Positions 1 through 6,521 of a DNA stretch of 22,834 bases are shown here, piece by piece; the first letter of the stretch is position 1, and the number at the start of each line of letters is the position of its first letter. This DNA is from Hymenobacteraceae bacterium. GTDB taxonomy: Bacteria; Bacteroidota; Bacteroidia; Cytophagales; Flexibacteraceae. A program made the position numbers and the translations under genes. The notes beneath the pieces are model-generated. The model saw nothing but the letters and a program-made list of their open reading frames with translations. It ran no database searches and had not been told where the DNA came from. The stretch covers positions 1-22,834 of the forward strand of contig CANHCT010000037.1 in assembly GCA_947459175.1 (NCBI GenBank). The letters run 5' to 3'.

Positions 1-1047
1 ATGGAAAAAAAATCCGGTTCCCCTTCGGCAGGTTCTCTTTTGGTATCACTTCAGATTGTCCTCCTGTCGGTGGTCGTTCTGTATTTCGGCAGGGGTTTGT
101 TTGTGCCCCTTTCGTTTTCATTTCTGATTGGTTTTGTGCTTTTTCCGGTATGTAAGAAACTGGAAAGCAAGGGATTCAGCCGGATTTCTGCCATTGCGCT
201 TCCGCTTGCGGTACTGTTTCTTCTCTTTCTTGTGCTGGGCTATTTTTTTGTTGTCCACCTGTTGGAGATTTCCAATACCATGATCGGTCTCAAGCCCGCT
301 ATCATGGCCGCTTTGCATGATTTGAGCCGTTTTCTTGCCGACAAAGCAGGCCTGAGCACAGGGAATCAGGTGCGGATTTTTGAGAACTTCATCAATAACC
401 TGGGTACCGGAATTCCAAATCTTTTCAGACAAACCTTTTCTTCTCTTTCTCAAAGCCTTTTTTATCTGATTATGGTGCCGGTATTTTCTTTTCTCATATT
501 GCTCTACCGGGCCAAACTTATCCGGGCACTGTTTCATTTTTTCCCGAATGTAGGCCATGGCCTGTATATGGACATCATCCGGGATGTTATGCACCATTAC
601 TACAGTTTCATCAAGGGTATGGCCATGGTATATTTTCTGGTAGGTATTCTCAACAGCGTAGGACTAATGATAATCGGGGTTCCGCGGGCGGTGTTTTTCG
701 GGTTTTTGGTATCCGTATTTACTTTCATTCCCTATGTGGGCATCATGCTGGCTTCCATATTGCCGGTTTCGGCCGCCTGGCTCAGTTTCGATTCGCTTTG
801 GTATCCCTTTGCCGTGGTGGCTTGGTTTGCCTTTGTGCAGGTGCTCGAAGCCTACCTCATTTTTCCCCTTGTTATCGGCAAGCGGATTAAGGTCAACGCT
901 TTGGTCTTGTTTGTTTTCATCATACTTGGCGGAATGCTCTGGGGTGCAGCAGGCATGATTCTTTTTATACCCGTCATCAGCATTGTAAAACTTCTTTCCA
1001 GTCGAAGTCCTGACCTGAAGTTTATTTCAGATCTGCTGGATGAATAG
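1..1047 (+). CDS. AI-2E family transporter (PerM/YhhT-like, UPF0118); the start coincides with the window edge and may be internal
   Basis: 348-aa ORF with 7-8 predicted hydrophobic helices. The N-terminal 'GLFVPLSFSFLIGFVLFPVCKKLESKGFSRISAIAL' and the overall length and architecture are typical of the AI-2E family. TAG stop at 1045-1047. Confidence 0.75.
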   Translation: MEKKSGSPSAGSLLVSLQIVLLSVVVLYFGRGLFVPLSFSFLIGFVLFPVCKKLESKGFSRISAIALPLAVLFLLFLVLGYFFVVHLLEISNTMIGLKPAIMAALHDLSRFLADKAGLSTGNQVRIFENFINNLGTGIPNLFRQTFSSLSQSLFYLIMVPVFSFLILLYRAKLIRALFHFFPNVGHGLYMDIIRDVMHHYYSFIKGMAMVYFLVGILNSVGLMIIGVPRAVFFGFLVSVFTFIPYVGIMLASILPVSAAWLSFDSLWYPFAVVAWFAFVQVLEAYLIFPLVIGKRIKVNALVLFVFIILGGMLWGAAGMILFIPVISIVKLLSSRSPDLKFISDLLDE

Positions 1048-1110
1048 GCGGGCCTGTCTGTAAAAAGAAATGTAAAAACCTAAGCCGCTTCCGGCCATGG
1101 GTCCAAGGGA

Positions 1111-1671
1111 TCAGCGCTTGGTTTGGAGCGCAAACCGGATGGGATAATCGGCTTTGGCTTTTCCCTTGAGGATGTCGTTCAACTTGTTTTGAATCAACTT
1201 TTTACGGAATGGCGACAGGTATTCAATGAACAGTTTTCCTTCCAGGTGGTCATATTCGTGCTGAACCACCCGGGCCAGCATGCCCTCAAAGGTTTTTTTG
1301 TGTTTTTCTCCCTTTTCGTCCAGGTACTCGAGGGTGATTTTCTCCGGTCGTTTTACCTCCTCCCGAATGCCGGGTATGGAAAGGCAGCCCTCCTCATACG
1401 GCCATGGTGTTCCGTTTTCTTCAATCTTTAATGGGTTGATAAACACCATTTTAGCGCCTTTCAAATTTTCTTCGTCCATCGGTTCGGCATCGATAACGAA
1501 GAGGCGGATGCCTTTCCCGATCTGCGGAGCTGCCAGGCCCACACCACTTGCCTGATACATGGTTTCAAACATGTCCTCAATCAGGGCGGGCAATTCCGGC
1601 ATTCGGAGGTCAATTTCTTTCGCTCTTTCCTTTAAAACGGGGTTTCCCAGGGCTACAATCGGATAAATCAT
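1111..1671 (-). CDS. def: peptide deformylase
   Basis: All three PDF motifs are present: GVGLAAPQIG (motif I), EGCLSIPG (motif II) and QHEYDHLEG (metal-binding HExxH, motif III). The start is set at the internal 'MIYPIVALGNPVLK' (ATG, complement of 1669-1671), which gives a 186-aa protein. The longer ORF to 1785 adds 38 residues that look atypical. Confidence 0.9.
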   Translation of the reverse strand: MIYPIVALGNPVLKERAKEIDLRMPELPALIEDMFETMYQASGVGLAAPQIGKGIRLFVIDAEPMDEENLKGAKMVFINPLKIEENGTPWPYEEGCLSIPGIREEVKRPEKITLEYLDEKGEKHKKTFEGMLARVVQHEYDHLEGKLFIEYLSPFRKKLIQNKLNDILKGKAKADYPIRFALQTKR

Positions 1672-1875
1672 GTATTCAAAAAGGTGTACAAAGGTACGAA
1701 ATCCCTGCTTTATGCCGCAGAGATTTTGAGTAGCAGGCGAATGCCGGATTTCTGAAAAAGGGGCTTGCAAAGCAAGGTCAGGCATTTATTTTTGCGGCCC
1801 TTTCTAAAGAAGAGAAATGATTGCTTTCTTTGGATATCTTTAGAGAAGGTAAGGTCAATCAAAAACAAATTTATT

Positions 1876-2340
1876 ATGGAAGATTCCAAAGTAGCAGCCA
1901 AGATTAAAATCCTCTCTGAGTGCATAAAAATTCAAAAAGGACATGTAGAAAATGCCCGGAAGGCCATGCTCGATGCCCAGGAAAGCGCCAACGAAGGCGA
2001 CGATACCACAGAAGAAAAGCTTTACAACAGCTACCGGGAAGAAATGCAAAACAAGCGGGATATGTTTGCCCGTCAGTTTGATGTGGCCATGGACGACCTG
2101 AACCAGCTCAATCAGATTGTTACTTCCAAAGAATACCATAAGGCCGAATTTGGATCGGTGGTGGTGACCGACGGAGGCACCTATTTCATTTCTACCAGCC
2201 TGGGTCAGGTTAAGGTAGAGGGCAAAACTATTTTTGCCATTTCTGCTTTGGCACCTGTTTTCAAGGCTTTTGAGGGAAAAAAGAAGGGCGAAAAGTTTTC
2301 TTTCCGGGATAAAACCCATACCATTGAAGAAATTTATTAA
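1876..2340 (+). CDS. GreA/GreB/Rnk family transcription factor-like protein (small, 154 aa)
   Basis: The C-terminal 'GSVVVTDGGTYFISTSLG ... ISALAPVFKAFEGKKKGEKFSFRDKTHTIEEIY' aligns with the FKBP-like C-domain of GreA and Rnk (ISxxSPxGxALLGkxxGDxV...). The N-terminal part is a predicted coiled coil. The start is taken at 'MEDSKVAAKI' (ATG 1876) rather than the upstream ORF start at 1765. The gene sits 9 bp upstream of mnmH. Confidence 0.5.
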   Translation: MEDSKVAAKIKILSECIKIQKGHVENARKAMLDAQESANEGDDTTEEKLYNSYREEMQNKRDMFARQFDVAMDDLNQLNQIVTSKEYHKAEFGSVVVTDGGTYFISTSLGQVKVEGKTIFAISALAPVFKAFEGKKKGEKFSFRDKTHTIEEIY

Positions 2341-2349
2341 GAAATAAAT

Positions 2350-3384
2350 ATGGGCCGGACGCTTTCATTGGGTGATCTGATCAGCCACCTGAGCGGCCGC
2401 GATATGATCTGGATAGATGTAAGAAGCCCCGGAGAATATGCACAGGGCCATATTCCCGGGGCTTTTTCTATGCCTCTTTTTTCAGACGAAGAGCGAAAAG
2501 AGGTAGGCACATTGTACAAGCAGGAAAGCCCGCAAAAGGCCCTGCTTCAGGGTCTGGATTATGTGGGTCCGAAAATGTCGGGATTTGTCACACAAGCCTT
2601 GGAATGGGCGGCCGGGCGAAAAATTCTGCTGTATTGCTGGCGAGGGGGAATGCGAAGCCAGAGTATGGCATGGCTCCTTACCACCGCCGGATTGGATGTG
2701 TTTACTTTCAGCGGAGGCTACAAAGCCTTCCGGCGGGAGGTGCTCGACAGGCCCCTGCCGCCAATCCGTCTGCTGATTTTGGGAGGATTTACCGGCAGCA
2801 AAAAGAGCAAAATTCTGAAATCCCTTCAGGCTGCGGGTGAAGAGGTCATAGACCTGGAAGGAATGGCCTGCCACAAGGGCTCGGCATTCGGAAGCATCGG
2901 CGAGAAGCCGCAACCCACCCAGGAACAGTTTGAAAATGAATTGTTTCTGCATCCGGGTATGTGGAAAATATCAAATCGTGTCTGGGTGGAAGATGAGAGC
3001 AAGGCCATCGGCAGATTGAGGATTCCCCATCCGTTTTTTGAACAAATGCGGACCTCGGACCTGATTTTTTTAAAATCGGACCGCCAAAGCCGGATAGACT
3101 ACATTGCCTCAGAATATGGACGGGCCGATTTGGATTTACTGAAAGATTCCATCCTGAAACTGAAAAAAAGGCTGGGAGGCCTGAGGATGAAACTGGCGCT
3201 GGAGGCCCTGGATGAACAGGATATAAAAAAAGCAGCCTCCATTATTCTGGATTACTACGATCAGTCCTACGCCTTCGGGCTGAGTCAGCGGGCTGCGGAG
3301 CGGGTCGTTGAATTGGAAACCGGAAAAATGCCGGACGAAGATGTGGCAACGGCCCTGATTCGCCTGGCAGACACCGGCAAATGA
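2350..3384 (+). CDS. mnmH: tRNA 2-selenouridine / geranyl-2-thiouridine synthase
   Basis: N-terminal rhodanese domain with the active-site 'LLYCWRGGMRSQSMAWLL' (CxxGxR), followed by a P-loop NTPase-like domain 'LILGGFTGSKKSKIL'. The 344-aa length and domain order match MnmH/SelU/YbbB. Confidence 0.85.
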   Translation: MGRTLSLGDLISHLSGRDMIWIDVRSPGEYAQGHIPGAFSMPLFSDEERKEVGTLYKQESPQKALLQGLDYVGPKMSGFVTQALEWAAGRKILLYCWRGGMRSQSMAWLLTTAGLDVFTFSGGYKAFRREVLDRPLPPIRLLILGGFTGSKKSKILKSLQAAGEEVIDLEGMACHKGSAFGSIGEKPQPTQEQFENELFLHPGMWKISNRVWVEDESKAIGRLRIPHPFFEQMRTSDLIFLKSDRQSRIDYIASEYGRADLDLLKDSILKLKKRLGGLRMKLALEALDEQDIKKAASIILDYYDQSYAFGLSQRAAERVVELETGKMPDEDVATALIRLADTGK

Positions 3385-3391
3385 AAACTGC

Positions 3392-3868
3392 TCAGTTTTT
3401 GGTCGGATCCAGCTTTACCGGCCGCGACACACTTTCTTCCAGCGAAATGAAGGTCTCCGTCCGCTGAATTCCCCTGACATTCTGAATTTTATCGTGCAGT
3501 ACAGAGCGCAGATGCTTGGTGTCTTTGCATATTAACTGTGCAAAGATGGAGTAATTCCCTGTGGTATAGTGGACACTTACTATTTCGGGAATGGCCTTCA
3601 GTTCTTCCGCCACTTCGGTGTACATGCTGCTCTTTTCCAGATAAATACCCAGAAAGGCAATGATGTCGTAGCCCAGTTTGGAATAATCAATTTTCAATTG
3701 GGCCCCGGTTACAATCCCCAAATCTTCCAGTCTCTTCATCCGCACATGTACCGTTCCGCCTGAGACATAGCATTTTTTGGCAATCTCGGTGTAGGGCAGG
3801 TTGGCATCTTCGGTGAGGATAGAGAGGATTTTCAGATCCACATTATCAATTTCTAAATTCGGAGACAT
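3392..3868 (-). CDS. Lrp/AsnC family transcriptional regulator
   Basis: AsnC-type HTH ('LDLKILSILTEDANLPYTEIAKKCYVSGGTVHVRMKRLEDLGIV') plus a C-terminal RAM domain. Start chosen at 'MSPNLEIDNV' (ATG, complement of 3866-3868), about 9 residues ahead of the HTH as in E. coli Lrp. The longer ORF to 3937 would read through the upstream operator-like repeats. Confidence 0.85.
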   Translation of the reverse strand: MSPNLEIDNVDLKILSILTEDANLPYTEIAKKCYVSGGTVHVRMKRLEDLGIVTGAQLKIDYSKLGYDIIAFLGIYLEKSSMYTEVAEELKAIPEIVSVHYTTGNYSIFAQLICKDTKHLRSVLHDKIQNVRGIQRTETFISLEESVSRPVKLDPTKN

Positions 3869-3883
3869 TTTTGAGGCCTGATT

Positions 3884-3961
3884 TTTGAAAATTTTCAATA
3901 AAAGCCCAAATTTATTAAAAATATTCGAAATTTTCAAGAAACCTGATGAAAAATTTTCAAG
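3884..3961. promoter_or_regulatory. Three copies of a palindromic AT-rich motif, TTGAAAATTTTCAA, upstream of the Lrp-family gene; candidate operator sites
   Basis: A perfect 14-bp palindrome lies at 3885-3898, with imperfect copies at about 3925-3938 (TTCGAAATTTTCAAG) and 3948-3961 (TGAAAAATTTTCAAG). All three fall within 95 bp upstream of the Lrp start. Lrp/AsnC regulators are known to bind arrays of AT-rich palindromic sites of about 13-15 bp. Confidence 0.4.
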
Positions 3962-4248
3962 AAGTCAGAACCAATAGTACTTTTGACCCGCCAAAACAAA
4001 GAGATGTTTTGCTCCGTACTGTAAGGTGATGAAACTGGCAGCCATGCCCTTCTTTTCAGAAGGGTGCGGAGATTGGGGAAAGGTTGTAAATCGGAATTCT
4101 GCTCTGAAAGGAATGGAAGTCTCTTAATCCCACCCCCTCCTGAAGGTTCGAATCCTTCTCTTACAGCAACCAGCTTTTTGGTTAATTTGGTGTATTAATA
4201 GGTAGTTTAGACAGTCTTGCTGAGTTTCGGCAGGACTGTTTTTTTTTT
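3962..4248 (+). ncRNA. Candidate unannotated small RNA or leader transcript. It contains a tRNA-like T-arm (GAAGG-TTCGAAT-CCTTC, 4142-4158) and ends in a strong intrinsic terminator
   Basis: No credible CDS on either strand. A canonical T-stem/loop with G53-C61 and the TTCGAAT loop is followed by 7 nt plus G and then CAACCA. A + strand terminator lies at 4211-4248. The 5' end is undefined. Confidence 0.25.
4211..4248 (+). terminator. Rho-independent terminator: 10-bp stem (one G-U), 9-nt loop, T10 tract
   Basis: ACAGTCTTGC (4211-4220) pairs with GCAGGACTGT (4230-4239) around the loop TGAGTTTCG, followed by TTTTTTTTT. The T-run makes the orientation + strand. It lies 110 bp upstream of the flotillin-like gene. 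Confidence 0.7.
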
Positions 4249-4359
4249 CGGGCAATCTGATTTTTGGCCCTGAATCTGATTTGTTTACCATCCGGCCAAC
4301 CCTTTTATTTGAGCCACATTAATTTTGTTTTTCCGTAAATCTCTCATCGCCTCCTGATT

Positions 4360-6279
4360 ATGATTTCATTTTTGCTGTACAACTGGTGGCTGCTTCCCCT
4401 GCTGCTGACCTTGGTTTTTTATAAATTTGTGTTGCGGGTATTTTTTGGAATGGTCATCGTACCTGAGGACAAAATCGGGCTGGTGACCAAGAAATTTGTG
4501 CTTTTCGGAGAATTCAAAGGGCTGCCGGACGGCCGGATTATTGCCAGCCGGGGTGAGGCCGGATTTCAGGCCAAAACTCTGGCTCCCGGATTGTACTGGT
4601 GGATGTGGCCCTGGCAATACGGGGTGGAAATGACCCCCTTTACCGTGGTGCCCGAAGGCAACATCGGCCTGGTGCTGGCCAACGACGGTTCGGAGTTGCC
4701 CACAGGAAACATTCTGGCCCGAAAGGTGGATTGCGACAACTTCCAGGATACTGAAAAATTTCTTTCCTCCATGGGGCAGAAGGGAAGGCAAACCTCTGTT
4801 CTAACCCCCGGTACCTACCGGATCAACCGGTATGCCTTTACCGTCCACATTGTGGAAATGACCCACATCGGTGAAAACAAGGTCGGCATCGTTACCGCCC
4901 TCGACGGCGATCCCATTCCCCCGGGGCAGATTGCCGGTAAAGTGGTAGAGGGCCACAACAACTTTCAGGATTTTGATAAATTCCTTGCCAACGGAGGCAA
5001 TCGCGGTTTGCAACCTCAGGTGATTCTGGCCGGCAGTTACTACATCAATCCCTGGGCATTGCAGATAGAGGAAACCTATATGACGGATGTACCCATAGGA
5101 CATGTGGGTGTGGTAATCAGCTACATAGGCGAAGATGGCAAAGACCTGACCGGCGAAAGTTTTAAACACGGAAATATTGTAACCAAGGGCTTCCGCGGCG
5201 TTTGGATGGAGCCCATGGGTCCGGGTAAATATCCGGTAAACAAATACACCATGCGGGTAGAACTGGTGCCTACCACCAACCTCGTGCTGAACTGGGCCAA
5301 TGCCCGCTCAGAGTCGCATGAGCTGGATAAAAATCTCAGTACCATTACCGTGCGAAGTAAAGACGGCTTCCCTTTCAATCTGGATGTGGCCCAAATCATC
5401 CACATTCCGGCCAATGAAGCCCCCAAAGTGATTGCCCGCTTCGGCTCCATGAACAATCTGGTGAGTCAGGTGCTGGAGCCTACCATCGGCAACTATTTCC
5501 GAAACTCAGCCCAGGACAGCGATGTCATCAGCTTCCTCACCACCCGAAAGGAGCGGCAGGAGGCCGCCAAAAATCACATCAAGGTGGTGCTGGACGAATA
5601 CAATGTGAACGCTGTGGATACCCTGATTGGAGATATTGTTCCCCCTGAGGCATTGATGAAAACCCTGACAGACAGGAAGATAGCCCAGGAAGAAGAAAAA
5701 ACCTATGAAACCCAGCGCATGGCACAGGAAAAAAGGCAGGGCATGGAAAGGGAAACCGCCCTGGCCGAAATGCAGAAAGATATTGTAAGTGCGCAGCAGG
5801 GTGTAGTCATCAGCCAGCGCCATGCCGAGGCCGCAGTAAAGAAAAGCGAGGGCGAGGCTGCCAGCGTAAAATTACAGGTAGGCGCAGAGGCAGAGGCCAC
5901 CAAAATGCGGGCCGCTGCTGAGGCAGAAGCCACCAGGGCCAAGGCGTCGGCAGCAGCAGAGGCCACAAAACTCACCGCAGATGCCGAAGCAGAGCGGATA
6001 GCCAAAACCGGAAATGCCGAGGCTGAAAAAATCCTGGCCATCGGAAAAAGCACGGCCGAATCATACCAACTGCAGGTATCGGCTATGGGCGAAGAAAACT
6101 TTACCCGCTACAAAATCACTGAAGAAATCGGCAACGGTAAAATCAAAATCATTCCCGACATCATCATTGGCGGCGGCGGTAACCAGACTGAAGGCTCCAT
6201 TTCGGGCCTGCTGGGCATGCAGCTCCTGGAAATGCTGGGCAAGAAAGGGGAGGAGAAAAAATCAGAAGATAAAGGCTGA
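4360..6279 (+). CDS. Flotillin-like SPFH/band-7 family membrane protein with C-terminal EA-repeat coiled coil (YqiK/FloT-like, extended to 639 aa)
   Basis: N-terminal TM helix. The SPFH core reads 'ITVRSKDGFPFNLDVAQIIHIPANEAPKVIARFGS...VSQVLEPTIGNYFRNSAQDSDVISFLTTRKERQ'. The flotillin-type Ala/Glu-rich region reads 'AEAEATKMRAAAEAEATRAKASAAAEATKLTADAEAERIAKTGNAEAEKIL'. Four repeated 'VPE-x-IGLV...DG' segments precede the core. Confidence 0.8.
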   Translation: MISFLLYNWWLLPLLLTLVFYKFVLRVFFGMVIVPEDKIGLVTKKFVLFGEFKGLPDGRIIASRGEAGFQAKTLAPGLYWWMWPWQYGVEMTPFTVVPEGNIGLVLANDGSELPTGNILARKVDCDNFQDTEKFLSSMGQKGRQTSVLTPGTYRINRYAFTVHIVEMTHIGENKVGIVTALDGDPIPPGQIAGKVVEGHNNFQDFDKFLANGGNRGLQPQVILAGSYYINPWALQIEETYMTDVPIGHVGVVISYIGEDGKDLTGESFKHGNIVTKGFRGVWMEPMGPGKYPVNKYTMRVELVPTTNLVLNWANARSESHELDKNLSTITVRSKDGFPFNLDVAQIIHIPANEAPKVIARFGSMNNLVSQVLEPTIGNYFRNSAQDSDVISFLTTRKERQEAAKNHIKVVLDEYNVNAVDTLIGDIVPPEALMKTLTDRKIAQEEEKTYETQRMAQEKRQGMERETALAEMQKDIVSAQQGVVISQRHAEAAVKKSEGEAASVKLQVGAEAEATKMRAAAEAEATRAKASAAAEATKLTADAEAERIAKTGNAEAEKILAIGKSTAESYQLQVSAMGEENFTRYKITEEIGNGKIKIIPDIIIGGGGNQTEGSISGLLGMQLLEMLGKKGEEKKSEDKG

Positions 6280-6521
6280 TTTATTTCCTGCCTTTCGCTG
6301 CCGAACCTCTGTTTTTGATTTTTGAATCCTTGAAAATGGACAAGTAATTTCTGTTTGTCCTCACTTTATTCTTAATTCTCCTGTACCGGCTTTATCCTGA
6401 AAAGTCCGAATTTCGGCACATGCTGTGTTATTTTTTCCTGTTTTTCAGGAGCCTTAAGGATTTTTTAAACGAATTCCCGAAATGCAGTCTTAATTTTACA
6501 TTTTTAACCAATCTTCCAAAC

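Noticed and set aside
1672-1785. N-terminal extensions in the ORF track: def up to 1785, the GreA-like gene from 1765, the Lrp gene up to 3937, the amylase gene from 6420, and the LTXXQ gene from 14916.
   Set aside because: In each case an internal Met gives the canonical N-terminus: MIYPIV for PDF, signal peptides for the secreted proteins, about 9 residues before the HTH for Lrp. The extensions lack signal-peptide or domain features, and the Lrp extension would run through its own operator-like repeats.
3385-3391. Possible bidirectional terminator in the 7-bp gap between the convergent mnmH and Lrp genes.
   Set aside because: Only a 4-6-bp stem with a 2-4-nt loop can be drawn and there is no clear U-tract. 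This is too weak to call.
3946-4127. Two ~27-aa + strand ORFs (3946..4029 and 4044..4127) in the Lrp-flotillin intergenic region.
   Set aside because: They are too short with no recognisable features. The region is better explained as non-coding, with the T-arm-like hairpin and the terminator.
4020-4166. A complete tRNA or tmRNA gene ending at the T-arm at 4142-4158.
   Set aside because: I could not fold a D-arm or anticodon arm. The only 7-nt acceptor complement is 146 nt upstream. The acceptor stem would start with U and lack the G3-U70 pair needed for tmRNA. A full gene is not supported, so the element is kept only as a tRNA-like fragment or sRNA candidate.
5860-6010. Tandem DNA repeats (GCAGAGGCCACCAAA and similar).
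   Set aside because: These encode the flotillin-type Glu/Ala-rich (EA-repeat) coiled coil. They are coding-sequence periodicity, not a CRISPR array or an intergenic repeat.
6380-6420. GAAAAGTCCGAATTTCGG upstream of the amylase gene looked a little like the RNase P RNA P4 motif GGAAAGTCCGG.
   Set aside because: The intergenic region is only about 240 bp, far too short for RNase P RNA. No other conserved RNase P elements are present, so I read it as a small palindrome or possible operator.
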